Below the pieces are notes generated by a model. It was not told where the DNA came from. It did no database searches and was given only the letters and a program-made list of their open reading frames with translations. Position numbers and translations under genes: made by a program. From an uncultured Bacteriovoracaceae bacterium (GTDB lineage Bacteria; Bdellovibrionota; Bacteriovoracia; Bacteriovoracales; Bacteriovoracaceae), in NCBI GenBank assembly GCA_964012805.1, contig CAXGUD010000047.1, positions 1-26,459 on the forward strand: 26,459 nt of DNA. Direction: 5' to 3'. Position 1 is the stretch's first letter; each line of letters starts with the position of its first letter. Shown one piece after another: positions 10,301-17,956 of this stretch.

Positions 10301-12304
10301 AATCTCCATAGCTGGCTTAGAGCTTCCCGGAGCTACTGAATAAGACCCATAAATTTCATTAAAGCCTATATAGGACGAGATATTATTCGGTTTTAGTAGA
10401 TCACTATTTGTATATGAAAAGGCCTCACCTTCTTGAGTTGGAGTTTTTGAACTAATCTCTTTATGGTAAGATCCAGTGTTGTCAAAGTATCTGTGAGGTG
10501 TTCTTTTTGAACTTATGTAAAACCATTCAGGAGGATTAAGGGCAGGAACCTCTGGTTCCTGATAAACGCAAGCATAATCAACGATGTCCATTGAAGTATT
10601 AAAAACTTTTCTTAAACCACAGGTATCTCCACCGCATTGGCAAATTTGTCCAACTTTATTCAGTGCAGTTTGTTTAGCTAGAAGAATATTGGAGTTGGCA
10701 TTTATGTCAACAAAAAAAGTGATTTTTACTTTTTGAGTGTCATACACCTGGAGAGTCGTTCCAGAAAAAAGAACTTCTGCTGGAGATGTCGATTGAAGTG
10801 TCCAATCGAAGTTTTTAATTTTATTAATATCATTAACTTCAACCTTAATGGTTCTATTTACGTCAGCATAAGTGGGTATTTTAAAAGAGTTAGAAGCAGG
10901 AAAGTGGTCAGTAATCTTACCATCGTTTTGACCTTGGATATATACTTTGTAACATTTTGCTAAACTGTTATTTATCTTTTTGCAGCTTCCATCAATCTTA
11001 TAACGGATCTTTAACGTATCATCAGGGGCATTACTTTTCTTAACGTGAGAAAGATTTACAGTTACGGAATCTGTTTTTATATCGTCATTACCTGGACCAA
11101 TAGCGAAGCCGGTTTGAAGAGTCGTACCATTGGAAAATAATTTTTCTCCTGCATGTATAATTTCATGGATGCTATGATTTGAAAGAGTTCCAGTTCCTGA
11201 ATAGGTCGTAGAAAAGTTCCTGTCATCTTCCCCGGTTTTAAAATCAGGATAGCTTTCATTTGTCGATGCGTTTTCAAATTCGTAGGTACAAATACTCATT
11301 TCTCCATCGCTATCATCATCACCTGTAGAGTCTTGATCTAATGGAGTTATGCAGTCGTATAGCTCTTTAAGCATGATAAGTCTTTTTTCTCTTTCGTCGT
11401 AGGGGTCAAGAGTCGATCCTGTACCACCTCCATCGCCATAATCAACGGGGGTTTCTGTACAAACGTGATAATATTGGGGATAAAATTTATAATTACTTGA
11501 GTTGGCGATGATATCTTGAACTGATTGAAGGTAATCGGGTTCGCTTTCAAAGTTGCCAGCTTTCTTTTCTCCATCTTTGACACATGTTCCGCCTGAGCAA
11601 CAATCAAATCCAAGGCTTTGACAGTACATTGAATCACTACATGTTTTTGTTTGAGGGTTTTCTGCTGAGGAAACCTTGTTAACTTGAAGACTTAGGTGTT
11701 TGGTCCCTATAGCAGTTAATTTTACACCACTTGTATCAAAAAGATGAACTGTTTTCCCAAGAATAAATGACCCTTTGTAGTTCGAAGAAAATTCTTGAAG
11801 AGAATATGATTTCATTGTGTTGGTATAAACACCAGCACCGGTTTTGCAAAAATTGGAGTTTTCTGAGGATGGGGTGACTTTAAAAAAGTAATACCATTCT
11901 CTTGTATTATTGGAAAAGTTTAAAAATGATTGTGGATAAGCAGCAAGAATAAGAGCCCTTTCAAGACCATTAATAGGATTGTTACCTGAAACGTCAAAGT
12001 GGACTGCCATACACGTCATGGCATTCGAACTTTTAAGAATATAATCGTGTACGTCTTGCCCTCTCATATAAAAACCATCAAGAAGATTATCTCGAAGAAT
12101 TAATCTTGTTGCAGAAATGTTGCTTCCTTCTTGGAAATAAGTTTGAGTTTGGGTTCCATACTGTGGCTTACCGACAGGCTGTTTTTTTGCGAAGTATTTT
12201 GTTTTTCTGAGGTCTCTGGGTTCTTGAACCATGCAAGACATGAGACCTAAGAAAAGGAAGCTTTGAAGAAAAATAAGAACACACTTTCGTGCTTTTTCGG
12301 CCAA
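7301..12304 (-). CDS. Very large cysteine-rich lipoprotein (1667 aa), probable surface/adhesin-like protein
   Basis: TTG start preceded by a strong SD (TAAGGAG). The N-terminus MAEKARKCVLIFLQSFLFLGLMSC is a lipoprotein-type signal. I count 56 Cys, with repeated CCSG and CxxDxDC modules, in S/T/N/D-rich beta-type sequence. Confidence 0.85.
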   Translation of the reverse strand: MAEKARKCVLIFLQSFLFLGLMSCMVQEPRDLRKTKYFAKKQPVGKPQYGTQTQTYFQEGSNISATRLILRDNLLDGFYMRGQDVHDYILKSSNAMTCMAVHFDVSGNNPINGLERALILAAYPQSFLNFSNNTREWYYFFKVTPSSENSNFCKTGAGVYTNTMKSYSLQEFSSNYKGSFILGKTVHLFDTSGVKLTAIGTKHLSLQVNKVSSAENPQTKTCSDSMYCQSLGFDCCSGGTCVKDGEKKAGNFESEPDYLQSVQDIIANSSNYKFYPQYYHVCTETPVDYGDGGGTGSTLDPYDEREKRLIMLKELYDCITPLDQDSTGDDDSDGEMSICTYEFENASTNESYPDFKTGEDDRNFSTTYSGTGTLSNHSIHEIIHAGEKLFSNGTTLQTGFAIGPGNDDIKTDSVTVNLSHVKKSNAPDDTLKIRYKIDGSCKKINNSLAKCYKVYIQGQNDGKITDHFPASNSFKIPTYADVNRTIKVEVNDINKIKNFDWTLQSTSPAEVLFSGTTLQVYDTQKVKITFFVDINANSNILLAKQTALNKVGQICQCGGDTCGLRKVFNTSMDIVDYACVYQEPEVPALNPPEWFYISSKRTPHRYFDNTGSYHKEISSKTPTQEGEAFSYTNSDLLKPNNISSYIGFNEIYGSYSVAPGSSKPAMEIPVTFNQTYDLWIEQGSFSSCLNCGNEYYSNISRLFPNNFDFKGGGYLPHPTNTNKFISNPDHARADDHLFGRACFVPATMIPWSHKPLSDPQQQRKNRLAAQHFLFANGYQRDWYGFDYGSIIGSFDGVRWFSIGNQRRIKATSNKLFVAINAYFGDLTTESSFRLLITLPSNVSGSEPNAKQDIESDGAQCQNYHTCFSDADCVTQLGWEYSCQSISQIRTNWPQFDQNAEEKPNSVSSMEILKNILGNLGGSMKRCVYRGRGAPCKKDYKLTNSSTSYSGNKELGLHACNPNYYCQSFIDGVPIKKFNNKIARYGKSIKTQNVNSTDGQSNANTFGIGTRLIGRPLKYYGEEEINPTAQENLSYNNITSICLPGREPTHSNTLTVKEQNSTIPANQFRGDQFNGIGMTPNVVTMTTEMVNSCAILDDQTLNFVHLIDSTSDLGKNLNDTNLTNLAVTQAIPTNAVNKIEEIIGVSNLLVDYDSQQITEPILQKNRCLRAPGSVCHTDQDCAPTNLVSNAMALIDENDTTYTNLLNKYEINFWKEELICSQSESIKSPLYDLTRNRCCRETGKTITIGTLVDQTGDAITNSEIPDFDSEKIPGVHISLADTKRYSRISSYYKNMQDSPIVYPVLKTASPDKCSNTTGADNCMLHEDLKNQFKTLNDVSSKTCCSGHWVREFNQDQNGGGHRFGPDKTQTIPMTAFKCINWEKCETSGTYITCSENQFDCAHVPDIDDPKCLARSIGNSEANTILKWISSLELLGIPQVSVSSMDETDIQCKVSPTDQSVDGNTFSIGDFIQTATTDAEYKDSSDKRYFGADDPNNFSSSLKTIFSPDKISCCLPLGTKVKDSTVSPDVCCSGHYDSTTLKCNLPDYTNVSIFFNRYVSSALKNLPDGYFDEMTGFIKSSDVVIQLACQLNACASNKVAKGIALSNLKVPGHEDSEKNVRRFLDGDTRANQVNDRTKFFEAGLRWNNSIYCVPGDLQTTSQDMAIIDCL

Positions 12305-12375
12305 AACTAAAGACTCCTTATTTTGGCCCCGAATAGTTTTTTAAGGGCTTTTTCGAGGCATAGGCTCTAAAGGCT

Positions 12376-12402
12376 TCTTCGGTATAAAACATCAATTCTT
12401 TA
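12376..12402 (-). promoter_or_regulatory. sigma28/FliA-like promoter upstream of the giant lipoprotein
   Basis: Minus strand reads TAAAG-aattgatgttttat(14)-ACCGAAGA, matching TAAAG-N14-GCCGATAA in -35 sequence and spacing, about 70 nt upstream of TTG 12304. Confidence 0.55.
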
Positions 12403-12619
12403 TGTTTATGACTCCTTTAATCTATTATAGGGGAGTGATGACCTCTGGAGGAGAAGGGATCCTATAAATACCTGATTTTAATAGTTAAATTATTCTCCTA
12501 TCCAGGCCTTTGTTACCACTCAAGTGGTTATTTTTTATGGCAATTACTCTTAATGAAAAATTACAGTTTTTTCTTTTGCTCTGGACACTTTTTTGGTGGA
12601 GGTGGTAGACGCAAGAGTT

Positions 12620-14188
12620 ATGACCAATAAAATCTCACTTACTTTATCTTACTCAGAGGATGTTGAAGCTGCTCTTAACAAAAAGTGCCCTAAATGGGTC
12701 GATTATAGGGTTTTGTCAAAATCTTTGGACGCGAGAGGTGCTAATCGGGGAAAGGCACCAAAATATCATTATATTGTTGAGTGGATTAAGGAAGGTGAAG
12801 CGTTTAGTTCCTATGAAGAGACTTTTCCTAATTTAGGTCCTTTTGAAAACCCACCCATTATCATAGGAGCAGGACCCGGCGGCCTCTTTTGTGCTTTAAG
12901 GCTCGCTGAATATGGGATACCTTCTTTGATTTTTGAAAGAGGGGAAGCCGCTCATAACAGAATGAAAAAGATTGCAAGATTTTGGCGTTATGGTGAGTTT
13001 GATAGGGAAAACAATGTATGTTACGGCGAGGGCGGAGCTGGTCTATTTAGTGATGGTAAATTAATTACAAGAATAAAATCTCCTTTTGTAAAATACGTTA
13101 TGAAGCGTTTTGTAACCTTTGGAGCTCCTAAAGAAACAGCCTATATTTCAAATCCTCATTTGGGTTCAAATAAAATTAGAAACCTCATTTCTAAACTAAC
13201 GGATTATTTAAAAGAGAAAAAGTGCAAAATTTTTTATAATTCAAAAGTAGAAAAAATACTTGTCGATAAAATGGGAAAAATAGAGGGTGTAGAGCTTTCT
13301 AATGGAAAACGTTTCTATTCTTCTCACGTTGTCTTAGCTACCGGTCATTCACCTCAAGATATGTTCTCTCACCTCAATGATTTGGGGGTAAAGATGAAGC
13401 CTAAAGACTTCGCCGTAGGCGTAAGGATTGAACACCCAAGAAAACTCATTGACCATATTCAATTAGGAAAGTTTGCTGAGGATAAAAACTTAGGCTCGGC
13501 CCGATACAGACTTAGTTATCATGATTCAAACACTGAAAAGGGAACTTATAGTTTTTGTATGTGTCCTGGTGGCTATGTTCTTTCTTCTGGAACTGAAGAA
13601 GATGGAATTGTTGTTAATGGTATGAGTAATTATGCTAGAAATTCTCGATGGTCTAACTCTGCATTAGTTGTTTCAGTTAAAGCTGGTAAGGATTTTAGCA
13701 CCTCAAAAAGTCCACTTGAGGGACTGCACTTTCAACGAGAGATTGAAAAGAAAGCTTTTTCTTTTTCTAAAGAAAAAGCATCGGGAAAAGAATTGCCAGC
13801 ACAAAGATTAAAAGACTTTTTAGATCATAAGCTTAATCCCAATAAGCTTTCTAAGACCTCTACTCCATCTGGGCTATTCCCTTTAGCTATGAATCAAGTC
13901 CTCCCAAGCTTTATTGTGGAACACCTTCATGAGTCTTTTAAGTCTTTTGAAAAATCTCTGGGAGGTTTTTGCTTTGATGATGCTCTTCTAATAGCTCCCG
14001 AAACGAGGACAAGTTCACCTGTTACAATTGAAAGGGATAGAGAAACGTTAGAATCTCCCTCCCATGAAGGACTCTATCCTTGTGGCGAAGGTGCAGGGCA
14101 TGCAGGTGGTATTACCTCAGCGGCTGTTGATGGGGTCAAAATAGCCATGAGTTTGATCAAAAAAGAAACAGGTTTTGAAGCTAAATAG
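12620..14188 (+). CDS. Uncharacterised NAD(P)/FAD-dependent oxidoreductase (COG2509-type)
   Basis: Rossmann motif IIGAGPGG plus GEGGAGLFSDGKL, VGVRIEHP, FCMCPGG, ETRTSSP and GLYPCGEGAGHAGGITSAAVDG. ATG 12620 chosen; the track uses TTG 12593. Confidence 0.88.
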   Translation: MTNKISLTLSYSEDVEAALNKKCPKWVDYRVLSKSLDARGANRGKAPKYHYIVEWIKEGEAFSSYEETFPNLGPFENPPIIIGAGPGGLFCALRLAEYGIPSLIFERGEAAHNRMKKIARFWRYGEFDRENNVCYGEGGAGLFSDGKLITRIKSPFVKYVMKRFVTFGAPKETAYISNPHLGSNKIRNLISKLTDYLKEKKCKIFYNSKVEKILVDKMGKIEGVELSNGKRFYSSHVVLATGHSPQDMFSHLNDLGVKMKPKDFAVGVRIEHPRKLIDHIQLGKFAEDKNLGSARYRLSYHDSNTEKGTYSFCMCPGGYVLSSGTEEDGIVVNGMSNYARNSRWSNSALVVSVKAGKDFSTSKSPLEGLHFQREIEKKAFSFSKEKASGKELPAQRLKDFLDHKLNPNKLSKTSTPSGLFPLAMNQVLPSFIVEHLHESFKSFEKSLGGFCFDDALLIAPETRTSSPVTIERDRETLESPSHEGLYPCGEGAGHAGGITSAAVDGVKIAMSLIKKETGFEAK

Positions 14189-14200
14189 GTTTATTGAATC

Positions 14201-14491
14201 TTAATGAAAGATTTTTTTATTCTGCAGGTCCCAAAGTATCTTTTCCAAGATCTTTTTTTTATCATAAGGATCATTTTCTAATTTCTTTGATAAGGTTGTA
14301 AGGAGATTGTAGAGAGATTCTCCTTGGCCGTCTTCAATTTCTTCACAAGCTCTTTTATAAAGGTGGTCCAATATAATTTTAAAAGAGTACTTTCTTAGCT
14401 CTTTGTTATTATTAAACAGAATCTTGTCATTTTCCTCTGTCGAAATTTTTTTAGGAAAAGGGATAATATTTTGGAGCTGGTCTGTTTTCAT
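14201..14491 (-). CDS. Small hypothetical protein (96 aa)
   Basis: ATG-started ORF filling the gap between the FAD enzyme and the kinase; helical, charged composition with an N-terminal NIIPFP motif; no family recognised. Confidence 0.55.
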   Translation of the reverse strand: MKTDQLQNIIPFPKKISTEENDKILFNNNKELRKYSFKIILDHLYKRACEEIEDGQGESLYNLLTTLSKKLENDPYDKKKILEKILWDLQNKKIFH

Positions 14492-14651
14492 TTACACATT
14501 CTGGTATCAAATCACCCTTATGGCAATCAGAATTTTTTGTTGTTAAAAAGAAAACCTGAGAGTGTTAGTCTTTTAATAGCGATGAGTAATTTCTGGCCAA
14601 TGGTGTTCTTTGGCGAGAAAATAAAAAAAAATTATTTCGGGGATGATTTAT

Positions 14652-15287
14652 ATGAACACTGAAAAGAAAAAAAGAAAAAAGAGGGATAAGGATGGAAACT
14701 ACTTATTTGGAGTCTGTGGAGGTAGTTGTTCTGGTAAGTCTACATTTGTAGCAGCATTGGCAAAGGTTTTAGGAGAAGAAAACTGTTCTCTTTTTTCTCA
14801 AGATAATTTTTATTACGAGAACTTTGACAAGGTGCGCTTCGAATACCCCGAGTCCATAGATAACGATAAAATGAGGTTTTCTCTTTACGAACTTAAAATG
14901 GGACTTATGGTTGAGCTGCCGGTATTTGATGTTGCGACAAGATCGCTCATGCCTTTCATGGAAGACTTAGAATCAAAAAAAATTCTTATTTTAGAGGGGA
15001 GCTTTCTTTTGCATTGGGAAGAAATTCGAGGTGCCCTTGATGAAAGCGTATTTTTAGATTTTCCAACAGAGGAAAGGCTTCAAAGAAGAATTAAGCGTGA
15101 TACGATTGAAAGAGGTTTTCCAAAGGAGCAAGTGGAAAAAGAGTTTAATGAAAGTGCTGAAAAAATTCATCAGGATTTAATAATCCCTTCAAAAAATTTT
15201 GCTACGCATGTTGTGAATGATGAAGAATCTTTTTCTAAACTTGTTAATGACCTTGGAGAAAAGTTTAAAGGAATTATAGAATCATAG
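14652..15287 (+). CDS. udk: Uridine/cytidine kinase family protein (divergent base pocket)
   Basis: P-loop GVCGGSCSGKST, QDNFY (catalytic Asp), ILILEG and RLQRRIKRDTIERG. GGGGA SD 8 nt before ATG 14652 (alternative start 14643). Confidence 0.8.
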   Translation: MNTEKKKRKKRDKDGNYLFGVCGGSCSGKSTFVAALAKVLGEENCSLFSQDNFYYENFDKVRFEYPESIDNDKMRFSLYELKMGLMVELPVFDVATRSLMPFMEDLESKKILILEGSFLLHWEEIRGALDESVFLDFPTEERLQRRIKRDTIERGFPKEQVEKEFNESAEKIHQDLIIPSKNFATHVVNDEESFSKLVNDLGEKFKGIIES

Positions 15288-15412
15288 ATTTTTCTTAAAA
15301 CGTTATAAAAAGATTTCAAAATAATTTCCTGAGGAAAGTCAATTTTTGTTTCCATCTTGAAGAGAATAACTAAATTGATAATTTTGATACCTCGCTAACT
15401 CAAATAAAAGTT

Positions 15413-15441
15413 TTGACACCCCCATTTAAAATCATTAAGGT
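15413..15441 (+). promoter_or_regulatory. sigma70-type promoter of the pyrimidine catabolism operon
   Basis: Perfect TTGACA (15413-15418), 17-nt spacer, then TAAGGT (15436-15441), which keeps the T, A and final T of the -10 element. Confidence 0.55.
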
Positions 15442-15486
15442 TTTTGGTCCAAATTTAATTTTAGGATGCCAAAGGAGGACCTTGTT

Positions 15487-16977
15487 GTGAGTGGCTTTTT
15501 AAAAAATTATGTAAACGGAGCATTTGTAGAATCAAAAGCGAAGGAAAAGTTAGATATTATTAATCCTGCTACTCTAGAAGTATTGGGACAGACTCCTCTT
15601 GGTACGAGAGAAGACGTGGATGAAGCTGTTAAAGCGGCTAAGGAAGCTTTTAAGACTTGGAGCAAAGTTCCTGTTGTCGATAGAGTTCAACCTCTTTTTA
15701 AACTTAAAATTCTTCTTGATGAAAACGTCGATGAGATTGCTACTCTCATCGTCAAAGAACACGGCAAGACATTTAAAGAAGCGAAGGGTGATATCCTTCG
15801 TGGTATTCAAATGGTTGAAGTGGCCACCGGCATGCCCACTATTATGCAAGGTGAAAATTTAGATAATATAGCGCGAGATATTGACTGCCATGTGACCAGA
15901 AGACCTTTAGGCGTTTTTGGCGGAATAACACCTTTTAACTTTCCTTCAATGGTTCCTTTTTGGTTTTGGCCTTTTGCTATTGCTTCAGGAAATACTTATG
16001 TTTTAAAGCCTTCAGAAAGGGTGCCTTTAACACAGATGAAGATTTTTGAACTTATTCAACAAATTGGTTTACCTAAAGGTGTCCTTAACATGGTTCACGG
16101 AGGAAAGGATGTTGTTAACGGACTTCTCGACCATGAAGATATAAAGGGTATAAACTTTGTTGGCTCTACACCTGTGGCCAAGTATGTTTACCAAAAAGGC
16201 TCTCATAATGGAAAAAGAGTTCAAGCTCTAGGTGGAGCTAAAAATTATATTGTTATGTTACCGGATGCCCCTATTGAGCAATCTGTAGCAGCTATGGTTG
16301 ACTCTTGTCTCGGTTGTGCAGGAGAAAGATGTCTTGCTGGTTCAGTTCTTGTCGGTGTTGGTGAAGCCTACGACAGATTGAAAGAACAGGTTCTTAAAGA
16401 AGTCGGCCAAGTTGTTGTTGGAGATGGCCTTGATGTAAAAACAACGCTTGGTCCAGTCATTAGCGCCGAAGCTAAGTCAAGGATTGAAAAAGATATTGAG
16501 GCAGCTTTAAGTGAAGGGGCTGAACTACTTGTCGATGGAAGAAATCCTAAAACTAAAGAGAAAGGTTATTTTTTAGCACCAACAGTTTTAGATAAAGTGA
16601 AGCCAGGGACGACAATGGCCCAAAAAGAAATTTTTGGACCAGTTATTGGCCTCATGCAAGTCGGGACACTGGATGAAGCGATTGAAATCCTTAATTCTTC
16701 AAATTATGCCAATACAACGTCTATTTTTACTTCAAATGGAGGAGCCGCCAGAAAGTTTGTCGCTGAGGTAGCACCATCAATGGTTGGAGTTAACTTAGGC
16801 GTTCCAGCTCCTATGGCCTTTTTTAGTTTTGGTGGGTCAAAAGACTCCTTTTTTGGGGATGTAAAGGTTCATGGGAAAAGCTCTGTAGAATTTTTTACAG
16901 AAAAGCATACGACGATGACTCGTTGGTATGTTGAAGGAATGAATGATGCTGTCTCTCCAGTATGGAAAAGTGAGTAA
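15487..16977 (+). CDS. mmsA: CoA-acylating (methyl)malonate-semialdehyde dehydrogenase
   Basis: ITPFNFPSMVP, LKPSERVP, FVGSTPVA, KRVQALGGAKN, GCAGERCLA (catalytic Cys), EIFGPV, VGVNLGVPAPMAFFSFGGSKDSFFGD. An AAGGAGG SD favours GTG 15487 over ATG 15466. Confidence 0.95.
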   Translation: MSGFLKNYVNGAFVESKAKEKLDIINPATLEVLGQTPLGTREDVDEAVKAAKEAFKTWSKVPVVDRVQPLFKLKILLDENVDEIATLIVKEHGKTFKEAKGDILRGIQMVEVATGMPTIMQGENLDNIARDIDCHVTRRPLGVFGGITPFNFPSMVPFWFWPFAIASGNTYVLKPSERVPLTQMKIFELIQQIGLPKGVLNMVHGGKDVVNGLLDHEDIKGINFVGSTPVAKYVYQKGSHNGKRVQALGGAKNYIVMLPDAPIEQSVAAMVDSCLGCAGERCLAGSVLVGVGEAYDRLKEQVLKEVGQVVVGDGLDVKTTLGPVISAEAKSRIEKDIEAALSEGAELLVDGRNPKTKEKGYFLAPTVLDKVKPGTTMAQKEIFGPVIGLMQVGTLDEAIEILNSSNYANTTSIFTSNGGAARKFVAEVAPSMVGVNLGVPAPMAFFSFGGSKDSFFGDVKVHGKSSVEFFTEKHTTMTRWYVEGMNDAVSPVWKSE

Positions 16978-17054
16978 TTTCTAAAGACGTGTGAGTGAGA
17001 GAAAAAGAAAGTACAAAATTAAAAAAATAAAAAGTGAAAGTTAAGGAGAAAAGA

Positions 17055-17933
17055 ATGTCAGAAAATAATAAAAGGATTGTTAAATCAGCAGTTATTCAAA
17101 TGGCCAATAAGGTTCCAACGGAAGCCTCTTGTGAAGAACATAGGAAGGGAATGTTGGACGCCCATATTCCTCTTATTGAAGAAGCTGGTAAAAAAGGTGT
17201 TCAAATTCTTTGTTTTCAAGAGGTCTTTACTGGACCGTACTTCTGTCCTTCTCAAGATTCAAAATGGTATGGGTTAGCCGAAAGAATTCCTGAAGGCCCA
17301 ACAACTCAAAAGATGATGGAAATGGCCAAAAAACACAAAATGGTCATTATTGTTCCTATCTATGAAGAAGAAATGCCTGGTGTTTACTATAATACTGCAG
17401 CCGTTATTGATGCTGATGGAACTTACCTTGGTAAGTATAGAAAGAACCATATCCCTCAGGTTGCTGGCTTTTGGGAAAAATTCTTTTTCAAACCAGGAAA
17501 CACAAACTACCCAGTTTTTAAAACTAAGTATGCAACCGTTGGTGTTTATATTTGTTATGACCGCCACTTCCCAGATGGAGCAAGATGTCTTGGCTTAAGC
17601 GGAGCTGAAATTGTTTTTAACCCATCTGCTACTGTTGCAGGTTTAAGTGAATACTTATGGAAACTAGAGCAGCCTGCTCACGCAGTTGCTAATGGTTACT
17701 ATATTGCTGCCATCAACAGAGTTGGAACTGAAACTCCATGGAATATTGGTGAGTTTTATGGGCAAAGTTATTTTTGTAATCCAAGAGGACAAATTATCGC
17801 TGAAGCGAGTAGAGACAAAGATGAACTTCTCGTCGCTGACCTCGATATGGACATGATTAAAGAGGTAAGAGATCTTTGGCAATTCTATAGAGATAGAAGG
17901 CCTGAGACCTACACTCAGTTGACGAATCTCTAA
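17055..17933 (+). CDS. Beta-ureidopropionase (N-carbamoyl-beta-alanine amidohydrolase), nitrilase/CN-hydrolase superfamily
   Basis: E-K-C triad in CFQEVF / YRKNHIP / ICYDRHFP, plus FNPSATVAGLSEYLW, AINRVGTE and WQFYRDRRPETY. Operon context fits. TAAGGAG SD before ATG 17055. Confidence 0.88.
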   Translation: MSENNKRIVKSAVIQMANKVPTEASCEEHRKGMLDAHIPLIEEAGKKGVQILCFQEVFTGPYFCPSQDSKWYGLAERIPEGPTTQKMMEMAKKHKMVIIVPIYEEEMPGVYYNTAAVIDADGTYLGKYRKNHIPQVAGFWEKFFFKPGNTNYPVFKTKYATVGVYICYDRHFPDGARCLGLSGAEIVFNPSATVAGLSEYLWKLEQPAHAVANGYYIAAINRVGTETPWNIGEFYGQSYFCNPRGQIIAEASRDKDELLVADLDMDMIKEVRDLWQFYRDRRPETYTQLTNL

Positions 17934-17956
17934 TCAACATTTTTTTGGAGTTTTAA

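Noticed and set aside
11153..11167. HEIIH (HExxH) in the 1667-aa lipoprotein, suggesting a metalloprotease
   Set aside because: It sits in beta-strand-like context with no recognisable third ligand or Met-turn pattern, and one HExxH in 1667 aa is plausible by chance.
12525..12538. Inverted repeat ACCACT-ca-AGTGGT followed by a T-rich run
   Set aside because: The arms are only 6 bp with a 2-nt loop in a divergent promoter region, too weak to call a terminator or operator.
17055..17933. Calling this gene N-carbamoylputrescine amidase (aguB) or a true nitrilase
   Set aside because: CYDRHFP and PSATVAGLSEYLW plus the neighbouring genes fit beta-ureidopropionase, and no agmatine deiminase is nearby.
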